Assembly: GCF_001194135.2 (NCBI RefSeq)
Contig: NC_068992.1
Location: 49,633,467-49,697,466, forward strand
DNA length: 64,000 nucleotides
DNA from: Octopus bimaculoides
Lineage: Eukaryota
Reading direction: 5' to 3'
Both the position numbers and the translations under genes were made by a program. Under the pieces are notes generated by a model. The model did not search any database. It had not been told where the DNA came from and worked only from the letters and a program-made list of their open reading frames with translations. This document shows positions 28,055 through 41,200 of the stretch, piece by piece. Position 1 is the first letter of the stretch. Every line of letters begins with the position of its first letter.

Positions 28055-31000
28055 CAATTAGAAAATGGAGGAGAATATGCTGTACTCAACGGCTTGCAGA
28101 CAGTGTATTACGTTGAATTAACTTATGACAAAAACCACAAAATACAAATTTTTTAATGACAAACCATGTTATATTAACAATCGGGGTTACAAATATAAAG
28201 AACATTAGGAATTTGAGAATAATCAGAAACTTACAGCTGTTTCAGCCTAGCGTTGGCATGCCCCATTCTATCTGAATAGCTCCTGCCGGAGTAATTAGCA
28301 GATGAAATGCTGAAATGGGGGTACATGCATGATTCGCTAGGCCTCTTCAGAGATCTCTGAAGAGGCCTATTTGTATTCAGTATTATGACCATACCTACCT
28401 GTACTGTATAATGTAACCATATTTTGTCTTGTGATTATATCTACCTGTGTTATGACTAGATCTACTTATACTGTGGCTATATCTACTTGTATTCTATTTT
28501 ATAGTTGTATTTACACTTCTGTTTTGTATTGTGACCATATCTGTCTATAGTTTAGAAAGCACTCTGCTCTGCCTTCATTTTTAATGATGTTCCTTTCTGC
28601 TTGAAATGAGTTTTCTCTGAATGATTTGCAGGCGAGGCTGAAACGCTTACGGAAAAAAAAATATGAAGAACGAGAAAAGGCTATGTCTTACAGGAAGGAA
28701 CTGCATCGGACATTGGATGATTGGAGGGATTCCATATCTCAGAAAGAACAGCAAATTAAACAGGTAAGGGATAATGATGATGACGATGAGGATGATGATT
28801 GTGGTGGTGGTGGTGGTGGTCGTCGTTTTTTTAAAAAAATTTTGTTTAGTTTGTTAGGTAAATTTTCTATTTCAATTTGACATGTTTAATAAGCTTTACA
28901 CAGTAATATGCATATTCAGAAATCTATCCTCTGTCCCCCCTCCCCTTTCTCTATTTTTCTCCCTTTAACTGCCTGATTACAAAACTAATATGTATATATA
29001 TATATATATATATCTATATATATATATATANNNNNNNNNNNNNNNNNNNNNNNNNNNNNNNNNNNNNNNNNNNNNNNNNNNNNNNNNNNNNNNNNNNNNN
29101 NNNNNNNNNNNNNNNNNNNNNNNNNNNNNNNNNNNNNNNNNNNNNNNNNNNNNNNNNNNNNNNNNNNNNNNNNNNNNNNNNNNNNNNNNNNNNNNNNNNN
29201 NNNNNNNNNNNNNNNNNNNNNNNNNNNNNNNNNNNNNNNNNNNNNNNNNNNNNNNNNNNNNNNNNNNNNNNNNNNNNNNNNNNNNNNNNNNNNNNNNNNN
29301 NNNNNNNNNNTATATATATATATATGTGTGTATATATATGTATATATATACTCTTAGAAAATAGGTACGTGTTGGGAAGGGCATTCAGCTGTAAAACAGT
29401 GCCTCAATGATATATTCATGTTACCTATAGGAACATGGGAAAGCTGGCATAAAAAAAATAACGAGTGATTATATATATATCATTGGTAAATCATAAATCA
29501 AAAAAAAAAAGTACACTCCAAGTTATAGAGCAGTGTAGTATAAAGATAGATAAGGCCGGTGTCTATGAGATAATCCCATAAACTGACCTTATCTATCTTT
29601 ATATATATATATATATATATATATCCAGGAGTTCATGGATATGACCACTCGGAAGGCCTCCGCGATGGTGGAGTTAGGATTTTAGGAGGGCGATTGGGAC
29701 CACGTGGATGAGGAAGGCGTGATCCAGAGAGGAGTGGACAGCGTGCTTACCCAACCATCTCATTCTTAGTCAACTGCCTTGTGTCCTACCTGTTGGCTTG
29801 GTTTGAAGAATCCATCTTGCTTGCCTTTCGTGTGACATTCTAATCACATGTCTGTAATACCAGAGTTGTGGCTAAATTCATGACAACACTTCTACATCTA
29901 TGTTGTTATGTCTGTGTACTTTTTTGTACAATCTTTGTATTGATTTAACTAGCAGGCATTGAAAAGGATATGACCATTGCTTCTATTGTCTCTTTTTCCT
30001 TTCTTTAACTAATTAAGGTGATGTTAATTAAAAGTTTAACAAAAATGATTCTTTCACACTGGGAATGTGGAACTGCAGTATTTCTTGGAATATTCTCTGA
30101 TATCTAACTGGTTTACTTGTATTTTTAGGAGAAAGAAATGAAAGTGGCAGTTGACTCAGTCCTGGGTGAAGTTCGTAAGAAGAAGTCTGATGTTGCCAAA
30201 ATGCTGGAACTGATTGGAAACCTGAGTAAACTGAGGAAAATCCGCAAAGAGAATGTTGCTAAGAAAGGTGTGTTTGCATGTTTCTTTTTTTTTTTTGTCC
30301 ATTTTGAGATGGGGAGAAGAAACCTTGTAATTTCTTATATCCTAGATTCCTGCATAAATCAGATGTTTCCACTCAAAAAATCTCATCACCTTTACCATTT
30401 CTTGAAGAATGTCATGTTTGAAACTACTTTCCATTGAGATATGTCAAGTTTATTGAAGCTTGAAGAAAATACCAATTCTATTTTTCTGATAAAAATTTAA
30501 CATTATTATTGGAATAACTTCAAACTTTAATTGCACAGTTAAATTATTAAGGTTCACCATCTAATCTACCTGCTTGTATATCTTCAGAGGTGGGCTAGAG
30601 TTTTTATTTATTTTTTATTTTCATAAAACTTTGGCAGTTGTTATTAACAACTACACCAACATCTTATAAAAGTGTAATTAATCCCCCTAAATCATGAGAA
30701 GATATGATTTATTTCTTTATTCTTAATGTTTTTGTTTTTCTCCTTCAGGCTTATATACATTATTCCATTCTGATAAGAAATTTGAGGAAGACATCTCTGG
30801 CTTACAAAGGATGCTGAATAACCAGATGGATGTCTATGAAGCAGAGCAGCGTACCCTTATGGTAAACCTATCATTATTCACCAGTTCACCTGCACACCAT
30901 TGTATTATATTTTCCTTCATTTGCTTTTTTTTTTTTGTCCCTTATACAGATCCTGTGTTAAATACTGAACATCACTGGTCAGTCAAAAATATTTCATGTT

Positions 31001-33973
31001 AAATTTTGGATTAGGTAGTCAGAAAGTGGAAAATAAAAATAATCCCCCTCTAGAAAAACAATTATGTGTTAGCAATCAGAAGGGCATCCAGTTATATTAT
31101 GCTTCAATGATAATACGTATTTATCTAACCCAGGGGTAGGAAACCTCCGCGAGCACATTCTATTGCACCTACAGGCCTATATATTTGCATATACAAAATA
31201 TGGAAATTTTCAATTGTATAATTTATACAATATTCATATGCCTATTTGCAGCAGAGGTTGCATTTCCACTACAATTTAAAATGGTTAGACTCGAACAGAA
31301 ATTGTTCCATTTGCATGGAAATTTTGTTTTCACTATAAAACAAATATTGCTAGGTTTGTACCACCTCCTTGAGACCCAACTACACTCTAGCTAAAACATA
31401 CAGAATACTGCATAAGTAATATAAATGTCCTAAATTCAGTGGCAGCTTTAATGAACTTAATTTAATGTGTTAAACTTATCTTTATTAATGTATATCAAAT
31501 TATACATAGATATATACAAGATTTACACAGATATGAGTTAGAACTCGTGGTCCACCCATGGACTTTTCCCATTGGAAATTTTTGCCCACTGCACTAAAAA
31601 GTTTCCCCACCCCTGGTCTAACCTATGCTAGCATGGAAAAACAAACAGTTGGAAAACAAGGATTGGTAACAGAGTGGGCATCTTGCCAAAGAATACTGCT
31701 TTAATAAGGCTTCTACAGATGATGGTAGGGGGAAAAAGTGAATGTAAAAATGGTGATGTCGATGATATATATAAAATTATAATCATCATCATTTTAAAGT
31801 TTGCTTTCCAAGTAGATGTGTGTGTGTGTGTGCTTGTTTGTTTGAAAAAGTGAATAAAAATATGATTTTTCTGATGATTATTTTCCACTTTAATGATTTG
31901 TAAGAATTTAATAACTAAAGTAGAAAATAATTATCAGAAAAGTTCTATTTTTATTCACTTTTTCAAATATACACTAACGCTCATGCTTTTAATGTGATGC
32001 TTTTTCTAAATAAATGTGTTTGTTCCTTGTTGCAGGTTATGCTGGAATGTGAACAGGAAGAGACCAAAGAACGTGAACGAGCAAAGTCACACAAAGTTAA
32101 GAAAGAAATTGAGAAGCGAGAGAAGAAACGCGAACTACAACTTCTGTTTGGCAAAGGTTTGTGGAAACATATTTTTGCGTTTAGCTAATATCCCTTTCTG
32201 GAACAACGCTCCTACACATAAACTTTGATTTCTTATATTTTAGTGATATGGACCAGGCCAGTGCTCAGCAACCCTTTTTCACTTATGGTACACTTATATT
32301 CTTTTCAAAATTCGATGGTACACCTAAACTAAAAATGTAACTAAAATGTTAGAGCTTGCTTGAAGCATTGTATATGATATGTGACATAGAAAGAGATAGA
32401 AGGCTAAACAATGTAAAATGGATTGGAAGATGAGGTAACGAAAATTAGAATTAAGTTACCCAGTAATCTTTGTTTTGTTTTTATTGTTGTTGCTGCTGTT
32501 CTTTCAACTGTCCAATATTTCAGGACGTAAAAATCCCTTCCTATTTTAAAAAGGTAGGTTGTAATTTGAGGAGTGGTATGGCTGCTGCTTTGAGCAGATT
32601 TAGCAACCACATAGAAAAACCCTTAATGGGTTGCCTGTTGTTACATTTGTGAAATAATTCTTACAGTGCCAGTAATTCTCAGGGTCTTTTCTTCCCCACA
32701 GATGTCATCGATTCAATGGATCCTTGTTACCCTTTCCTGAAATACTACACACAGGCCATTGACAATTGGGAGTCTTTTCTGCAGATTCGGTGAGTTTTTA
32801 CAACTGGAGCAATTGTGTGTGTGTGTGTAAACAGTAATGCTGGTGTGTGTATGTGTGGACAGTATGGTAGGTGTGTGTATGTGTGGACAGTATGGTAGGT
32901 GTGCGTGTGCAAAATGAAATATAAGAATGAAAGCTGAATGAAGAGAGAACAACTGTCTTTATTACTTTAATTTGCATTGTATTGGCTTTTGAATGAATAC
33001 ACACACACACATACAAGGGAGATCTGCAAAATTCCTGGCTTTAAGGATATCGCAAAAGGCATGGTTGGAGGCCCAACCTTCCAAGTCCTTTTACAGGGCT
33101 TGGAAAGACTGAAGGACTGCTAAGTGTGTGGATCTGAGAGGGGAATATCATCATCATCATCATCATCATCGTTTAACGTCCGCTTTCCATGCTAGCATGG
33201 GTTGGACGATTTGACTGAGGACTGGTGAAACCGGATGGCAACACCAGGCTCCAATCTAATTTGGCAGAGTTTCTACAGCTGGATGCCCTTCCTAATGCCA
33301 ACCACTCAGAGAGTGTAGAATATGTTGAATAAAATCATAACTGACGGATCCTCCTGTATTTTTTTTTACCCAAAGCCAGGAAATTTTCAGCATCTCCTTA
33401 TAACGTGTGTGTATTTGTTTTCTTGCATCTTCACATTAGTGATATGAGCATCTGTGACATTTGTCTCCCATAAGCATTATGTCCCATAGCTTGATGGTTT
33501 CATTTATTCTAACATAAAGACCAGTGGAATAAAAAAGAATCTTACTTGAAAAACAAGGGTTGGTGAGAGGAAGAGCATCCTGCACTTAAACACTGCTTCA
33601 GTGAGTCTTCTCCAACCCATACCTGATCATTCATAGATTATATATTCATTTTGAATGACTAGTTTTGATGACCACAATGCACTTTATTTTTTATATTTCA
33701 AAATAAGGTCTCAAATGAACACTGAAATCAAATTTTCATCTTTTTGTTTAATTAAAAAGTAATAACTTAAAATTAAATGTTACTGCTTTGTGAGATATAT
33801 AAATTTAAATACATATTTTTTACTCTCTTATTTTTCTTTTATGTCTTTATAGGAGAGACTGGGATTGTTATTTGGCACCAGAAACTGCACCCGGTGCCAG
33901 TCGGATCCCTGATACTTGGGTTTTACCTCCAGAACCTTCAAATCCAGCTTGGGCATGTTTTTTGGAAAGCTGA
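20394..33973 (+). CDS. PDCD7: Programmed cell death protein 7 (U11/U12 snRNP 59K); join(20394..21674, 22392..22535, 23099..23188, 28632..28763, 30129..30267, 30749..30861, 32036..32156, 32702..32789, 33853..33973); 2229 nt, 742 aa
   Basis: Pro-rich N-terminus, then a Lys/Glu/Arg coiled coil (EKEMKVAVDSVLGEVRKKKSD..LSKLRKIRK..G), then YYTQA..FLQIRRDWDCYL..GASRIPDTWVLPPEPSNPAWA, which matches the PDCD7 C-terminal family pattern. All introns are GT-AG and the phases are consistent. Confidence 0.93.
22392..22535 (+). CDS. PDCD7: PDCD7 exon 2
   Basis: IWESQNLVRQMLL..IRKIETTK; ttcag/gtaac. Confidence 0.88.
23099..23188 (+). CDS. PDCD7: PDCD7 exon 3
   Basis: ETLEDLRRKITDKNLIEELEKKMKARLKKR; tttgtag/gtgagt. 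Confidence 0.9.
25320..26410. repeat. Highly diverged intronic minisatellite (about 24-30 bp units, CACTGTTATAGCATATGTTGATAT-like)
   Basis: Recurring GTTATAGCAT / GTTGATAT / ATCACTG motifs; interrupted by a SINE B copy at about 25556-25775. Confidence 0.65.
27143..27308 (+). mobile_element. SINE/LINE-tail family C (RTE-type 3' end, (GAT)n tail)
   Basis: TTGGCATTAGGAAGGGCATCCAGCTG..CCAACCCATGCTAGCATGGAAAGCGGACGTTAAACGATGATG; copies at 17475, 27483, 33148, 53220. Confidence 0.82.
28632..28763 (+). CDS. PDCD7: PDCD7 exon 4
   Basis: ARLKRLRKKKYEEREKA..SQKEQQIKQ; ttgcag/gtaagg. Confidence 0.92.
29700..29930 (-). mobile_element. LINE reverse-transcriptase C-terminal remnant
   Basis: YRHVIRMSHERQARWILQTKPTGRTQGS*LRMRW resembles the RTE W.GHV.RM...R..K.....G.R.RGRP..RW motif. 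Confidence 0.55.
30129..30267 (+). CDS. PDCD7: PDCD7 exon 5
   Basis: EKEMKVAVDSVLGEVRKKKSDVAKMLE..KKG; tttttag/gtgtgt. Confidence 0.93.
30749..30861 (+). CDS. PDCD7: PDCD7 exon 6
   Basis: LYTYSHSDKKFEEDISGLQRMLNNQMDVYEAEQRTLM; cttcag/gtaaac. Confidence 0.92.
31131..31615. mobile_element. hAT MITE, 485 bp, inserted in a family C SINE
   Basis: TIR CAGGGGTAGGAAAC / GTTTCCCCACCCCTG; TSD ATCTAACC/GTCTAACC. Confidence 0.85.
32036..32156 (+). CDS. PDCD7: PDCD7 exon 7
   Basis: VMLECEQEETKERE..LQLLFGK; ttgcag/gtttgt. Confidence 0.92.
32702..32789 (+). CDS. PDCD7: PDCD7 exon 8
   Basis: DVIDSMDPCYPFLKYYTQAIDNWESFLQIR; cccacag/gtgagt. Confidence 0.93.
33014..33400 (+). mobile_element. Internally deleted mariner element with a nested family C SINE (33148-33317, TSD GAATA)
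   Basis: TIR-like AAGGGAGATCTGCAAAATTCCTGGCTTT / AAAGCCAGGAAATTTTCAGCATCTCCTT. Removing the SINE restores KCVDLRGEYVE*, a mariner-type C-terminus. Confidence 0.75.
33853..33973 (+). CDS. PDCD7: PDCD7 last coding exon
   Basis: RDWDCYLAPETAPGASRIPDTWVLPPEPSNPAWACFLES*; AATAAA at 34012-34017. Confidence 0.94.
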
Positions 33974-35146
33974 TATTTTCCTGTTGTAAATATAATCTGC
34001 AATTGACTGTGAATAAACTTATTTCTTTAAGATGTGTTGCTTTGCTTCCGTTTAAAGGTTTGGTTGGTGGAATGGATAAATGTGTGGAGCTAATGAGAAT
34101 TTCCAATGTTGTTCAGCACCATCTCAGCCTCGTTAGTGTAGATTTATAATGAAAAACAAGATACAAGCATGGCTGGGTAGTTATAAAGGCAACAGGCATC
34201 GCTTCTTAACCATGTGGTTTCATGTTCGGTCCCACTGCACAAGGCCTGAAATTTTGCGGGAGGAGACAAGTCAATTATATTGACACCAGTGTTTCACTGG
34301 TACTTAAGGCTGATAGGCAAAGCTGATCTTGGCGGAATTTGAATCCAGAACATGAAGACAGATGAAATACCACTAAGCATTTTGCCCGACTTGCTAACAA
34401 TTCTGCCAGTTCACTGATAATAATAATAACAGAGATAATATTCATAATATTGATGATGATAGATGAATGAAGTTATAAGTTATTCAAATACCACAAAACC
34501 TCATGCTAGCACAGAGCAAAACAAAATTCTTTGTAGACAGGTTGATGATGATGAGCAGATGATAAATCTGAACGGGGTTAGTCAATACCACCAGCCCCAA
34601 TACTTGACCGGTACTTTAATTCAGCAAGCCTGGAGGGATGCTTGGCAAAGTTGACCATGGCATGATTTGAACCCAGAAATACCTCGTAATATTTTGTTGA
34701 ACACTCTCACGATTTTGCCAATCAAGTACCTTTGTAATTAAAAGTAATGCAATTTAATTTCAAAGAACTGTGCACACAGACAGATATATTTTGATGACAG
34801 GATACATTTAATATAAATATAAAACATTGACAGGTATCAGTCCATTTAATACCATGCATTCGAGCACATAAATACTTTAGTCTTTTGTTCCATCCTAATG
34901 TTATGATGAAAAAATCCCACACAAGTCCTATAAATAATGCGAAATGTGGTACATCCTTCATAGGGTCTGATGTAAATCAACAGAAGAGAAGGCAATACCA
35001 ACAACATTTATGAAACATTTCAGATGGTAATATAAAAAAAAAAAATCATCACTGTTTATCTTGTTTCAGTCATTAGATTGTGGCCATGCTGGGGCACTGC
35101 ACTGAACTGTTGTCCAATGTGATAGTTTTTATAGCAGCATTAATAT

Positions 35147-35217
35147 TCATTTTAATGTGTTTGGTGATGAAACACCTTCAAATATGGACAGAAGATGGTT
35201 TTCAATGACATTTTGAA
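35147..35217 (-). CDS. ANKRA2: ANKRA2 last coding exon
   Basis: VQNVIENHLLSIFEGVSSPNTLK*; ttttcag acceptor. Confidence 0.92.
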
Positions 35218-38200
35218 CTGAAAATAGAAGATTAAATTATTTGTTATCATTTGTTTCTCATTCAACATAATTAGAAGATAAGCAGTATACATTATTTCAG
35301 TATGTCCTATAAGGATGGAAAACTTGAGTTTATTCCAATAGGATTTGATTGGAGCTCACAAAACAATGGAATATAACCAAACACAATAGGGTATTTTATT
35401 AATTTTACCATTTAGGAAGCAAAGGCCATACATTTTGGGGTCAGAGGGAATTAATTTAGTTGACTCTGGAGCGTGTTTTACTGACCACTCTTACAGAAGG
35501 GTGAAAGACAAAGATGACTGTGACAAAAGTTGAATATTGCAGTGCATTGCTCTCTCACTCAATAATAATAATAATAATTACCTACCTGATTTGTGATTAT
35601 GACTGACAGCTAAATCCATAGCAGTCAGTTGATCTTCATTTGCCATGGTAAGATCAGCTCCTGCTTCTAGCAGTAACTTCACACAACTGGCATGGTTATT
35701 GTTGACAGCATACATCAATGCTGTGTTACCACTCTGAAATAATAATAACAATAATAATAATAATAATAATAAAAATAATAATAAACAGTTCTCTTACATA
35801 AAAGAAAAAAACAAAATGACTTTAATGCAGCAGTGTGCATCCCAGTTCAAGGTGGCGCATGCAGTGAAGAGATAGTTGCAGCTGTCTTTGCCTGATGTTT
35901 TCGCTAACTTTTGGCAGGTCTCTGTAATGGCTTTCATTTGTCATATGTTGCTGCCATTTCACACTTAAGCATCTTTGTGTAGCAGCCATTTAGCCTGTTT
36001 GATAATTTCTTTGTCAGTGTCCATGTTTCACCGCTATATAATAGCAGTATTATGCAAAGGACATGCATGGAACTGCAAAAGAAACGCGAGATGTGTGTGT
36101 CTGTGAAATATGTTTTAATTTCATTATGTCAGAGATAAATTTTGATAAATCTGATAAAGTCAATTTCTTGGGATGCACTTTGACCACAGTCCATGGGTCA
36201 CTGACATGTGTTCTGGTAGTAGGTGGATCCAGCACATTAAGATTGTAGGGCATGACATGTTCAATACTGCGTATGCTCTCCCTGGGTGTTCAAAATGGCC
36301 ATACACTGTCGGTACACAGAGTGCATGAGGTGGTTCACAAAAGCCATTGGCACCTGTGTCCACACCTTGAGGAAAGATGCTTCCAGTTCCACACGAGTTG
36401 TCAGCCTTGGGACCACTTGGTTCAGCTGTCTCTGGATTTCATCCCACAAGTGTTCAACTGGGTTCAAATCCGGGCTGAGAGCCGTCCACAGCATGGTTCT
36501 CATGTTGTGCTGATGCAGGAAGTCCATATCTTGGAATATTTACACTTACATCCCCGAAATAAATTTTCAAAATTTACCATATAAAAATGACATTTGGAAA
36601 AATCGCATTTCTTTTAAGGTTCAGTGTATATAGTGTTAAATACCTTTAAACGAGTGAATGGTCATAGTCATAAAGGAATCTAACACTATATGTGTCCTTC
36701 CCATTATACATCAATAGTTTATCATGTTAGACTCTATGTTACATCATTTAACTTACCTCATCTTTGGTACCACTTTCTACCATATAATTCATCTTGTCTA
36801 TGGTACCTTGTCTCTGTAACATATAACTAACCTTTGTATGGCATCTCATCTTCATAACATTATATCACTTAATCTGTGGTACCTCTTCATGTGACATCAT
36901 ACAACTTACTTCACCTATAATAAACTAGTCTTTGTAACATCACATAACTTACCTCGTCTACATAGTTCACTTCCATACCAAGTTTCAGAAGTAGTTTTAC
37001 TATATCAATGTAACCATAGCAACAGGCAAACAGTAAGGCATTTTCACCCTTGTTTCCCTGCGCATATGGATTGGCACCGTTTTGCAGCAGATATTCCACT
37101 GTCGCTAACTGGCCATTAGCTGCAGCCCACAGTAGAGCAGTCAAACCTTGTTCATCAGGTTTATTTATGTTGAGATCTGGAAATACAACAAAGAAGATAC
37201 AAAAGATGTAATTCAATTTTCTTTTAATATGACTTTTTGGGTTTGTGTCAAGACAGGGTACTAATGATGTCCTCTATCAGATAAGACAACTGTAGGAGAA
37301 GTTCTTAACTAAAAGTAAGTCACTATATCTATCATTTGTTGATCCACTATATCTATCGTTTGTTGATCCATTGTCAGAGTACCACACTGTGGTCTTCAAG
37401 AATATTATGTGGAGTGGAATGGTTTGTGGGAGCTGTGAAAACCACGTGCAAAGACGTTGCCAAGAAGGTGTGAGTTGGTAATGAAGAGTAGTGGCTGTAA
37501 GTTCAAGTTACAATCTTTAAGGTGGACGTAGCCAACTAATTATTTTGTTGTTTCTCACAGGCTCAACAGTACATTTAATCTGCTTCGCCAAGAAAAGCAG
37601 TGTGGTAGTTATGGTATGTCATATGGGGTACATTGTGATGATGAGTGTATGTTGTAAGAAGTATATTATGTGGGACACAGTGTAACATTTAGTGAGTCAT
37701 GTGTGTTTGAGGACAGCTTAGTGAGGTAGAATACATGAAAGTTTGTGTGGTGTGTAATGAGGTAGCCAGAACAGGTGTGAGGTAAAGTATAGCTATGATG
37801 ATGATGATAATGGTGTTGATGACGATGATGACAGTGATGATGATGATAGACAATAATAAACAAACCATTAGTGATAATAACAGTGCTGTTAACAATGTGG
37901 ATTAATATAAAAAAAAAACATTTCCAAATGTGACAATGATGATGATGATGGGACAAGTAACATCCTACTTCAACCATCATCATGATGATGATGACATTTC
38001 TACTTAAACCAGTGACTAACAACTTACAACTCTTCCAAAGTGAGTATAAAAACAATTACTCACTGTCGGTGGACTCCTGCCAGAGAAGAACCAGTTCTCC
38101 TTGTGCAGCTTTCTGGTGAATACTGATATCTGTAAAAAAATGTAAAAAAAATGTCATCAAAAAAAGTTTTCCTGGGGCTGATCTGTGCCTTTTGATGTGT

Positions 38201-41200
38201 TATTTTACCATCTGGTTCATTTCTTTGACATTGATATGTTGCCACTTTAGGTGTTCCTTGGCAATTGTCTCCAAGATATTTGCATCAATAGACCAGCAGA
38301 GGAGAGCAGCCTTGAGTGCATATGTGTCAGAGTTGATTTGACTTTCCTCAATAGTGATGATTTTTTTTTACACATGACATCTGAGTAAAGTAGTGATGTT
38401 ATGTGTCTGCAAAAAAAGTCACCGAAATAGTTCTAACATTGGAATAACTTTTATGCTGTGAAGAAAGCAAGTTCAATGTTTTGGAATAACTCCTTTGTTA
38501 GAGAGATATGAAATGTCAATGCTAACTTTTCATTTCTTTCTACCAAGAGAAATTTTAAGTGAAATGTTACACTTTCCTCTTGTGTGATAAAAAAAATTCA
38601 TCTCATTATCGTTTCTGTTTTTTTTTTTGGGGGGGGGGCAATAAAAAGATGACATTATCATTGACTCATTGATAAACAGTAACCCACCTCAATAATTTTT
38701 AACATATGCATTGTTTATTCAAGCATGGCTGTGTGTAAGAAGTTTGCTTCCTAACTATATGGTTCCAGGTTCAGTCCCACTGTATGGCACAGTTGGGCAA
38801 GTGTATTCTACTATAGCCCTGGGTTGACCAAAGTCTTGTGAGTAAATTTGGTAGATGGAAACTGAAAGAAGCTTCTCACACACACACATATACACACGTT
38901 TGTGTGTGTGTGTAGATGTTACTGTCTCTGTTTTGTGACATCATGTGATAATTGTAAATGAGTGTGACTGTCATGCAAATGGTATCCTTCATTTCCAATC
39001 TTCCATCAAAGCATGTCTGGTCATGGGGAACTATTACCTTGCTTGGAAAGAGGTGAAGACTGCACCAGGCTCCAATCTGATCTGGCAGAGTTTCTACAGC
39101 TGGATGCCTTCCTAACGCCAATAGTTATTTTGTTTTGTGGTTTTGTGTGTGTGGTGGGGGTGTTTCAGTATGTCTTTCAACATACAGACAATGCAACACA
39201 GACTTTAAAAAAAGACTTTCACTTGGAGCAATTTGTGAAGATACATTTACATACATGATTAACAAATATTTTTACCAGCAGCAAAGTGATGGGTAACACA
39301 GGAGTTATGAAAAATAATATACGAGGATTGATAAACTCTTACTCTGAAATATTGATGGTGTTGTCGTTTGTACGTTACCACGCTGTAGGTTGGTGATCAC
39401 AGTAGATGGCTGAAAGCAGCAAGAACAGAAATATTAAGACAGACAGGCAAAGAGAAATTCATATGTTCATTAAGGGTTAGCATATTTAATTAAAGAGTTA
39501 ACAGGAAATAAAAATGTGGTGAAGAAAAAACTATAATAGTCAAAAAGTGACAAGTACACTTCTTTTACTCACAGGGTAAAAAAAAAAATATCTCAAAACA
39601 TACATAAACCAATTCAGAAAAAAAAAACACACCTAGGTACTTAACTGGAATTTGTGAAGAAATTAAATCTCTGATGAATAAAAATTTCCAACAAAGGATA
39701 TCAACTTAGAATGGTGACTGAGCTGATATACCCTTCAGAACCACATCAAAAATCAAGTTTTGCTGAAAACCAAAGTACATTACCCCCAAACAAAGCATTA
39801 TCCCAAGTACCTACCCTAAATGGTGATGGGGTCACTTTGATGGCCAGGTCAGACTTTCGGTTTTTGTTGATTGCTGAGTATTTCTGCACATGAGATTCTC
39901 CTGGAAATAAAAAAAGAAAAATCATTAAAATTAAGTTTAGTTGACATTGATCAGATATTAGACAAGACAAAGAGTTTATACTATACTATAATGTGCTGAA
40001 CAACATATCTATAGGCTTTGGAGCTAACATCGGTGCAGACATGGCTGTCTGGTTAAGCAGTTTGCTTCCCAGCTGCCTGGTTCCGGTTCAATCTCACTGT
40101 GTGGCACTCTGGACAAATGTCTATTATAACCCCAGGCCGACCAAAGCCTTGTAAGTGGATTTGGTAGACAGAAACTAAAAGAGGACTGTCTGAGTGTATT
40201 TCAACCTCCTTGTTTTGGCAACACGAGACAGAGTTGTAAACAAGTGCCACTGCTATTTAAATGGTTTCCCTTGTGTTCAGTCTTCTGTATAAACATGTTC
40301 AGCTTTGGGAAAATATTGCCATCACTGGAAACAGGTGAAGGCTGTCAACAGGAAAGACATCTGTCTCAATGAATTTCATCTGACCCATGCACGCATGGAA
40401 AAGTAAATGTAGGAATAATGATGGTGGTGATAATGATGATGAAGAAGAGAACGAGGAGGATGATTACAACTGTACATATTCGTTTGTACAATAGATGTGC
40501 AGAAGAGAAAAAGAGACAACAACTGTATGCACGTTTTGATTCCTTTTGGAGTGTTCATAAGCAGCTGTGTATAATCATCTTAACATACTGTGTTGAGTAA
40601 AAGACCCATGGCTGTTAGTTGACAAAAAGAATTTTAACCTTCAGCCAAGACTGTAGCCACTTCTAGATCATTGAGTTCCTGGTCACTGTCGATAGGAGAC
40701 ATGAGGTGGTAGGAACGTCCATTGGTCAGTTTCTTCACTGGGCTAATCGGAACTCTGCTTCTGCTGGTTACATGCTGGAAGAAATGGAAAATAATAAAAA
40801 TAAATTAATAACTGTGGCACAAGTATTGCTGCATGGTTAAGAATTTTGCTTCATAACAATGGTAACCATGTGGTTCTGAGTTCAATCTCATTGCTTAGCG
40901 ACAACACTATATAGCCTCCAGTTGATCTTGTCAAGAGAATTTTGTAGATGGAAAATATGTGAAACCCTGTTATATGTGTGTGTGTGTTTGTGTGTGTATG
41001 TGTGTGCATGTGTATATATATATAAATATGTGTGTGTGTGTGTATGTGTATAAAGAGGGTGTTTGTGTGTGTACCTTTGTTTTGACATCATGTGATGATT
41101 GAAAATGAGTATTACAAGTGATGTTGTTCGTTTCCTGTGTCTTCCATGACAAAATATTACTCTGCTTGGTAGCAGGTGGGGGTTGGCAACAGGCAGGATA

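Noticed and set aside
21675-33852. Possible U12-type introns in the minor-spliceosome gene PDCD7
   Set aside because: All donors found are U2-type (gtatgt, gtaac, gtgagt, gtaagg and similar). No RTATCCTT donor occurs in any of the four gene models.
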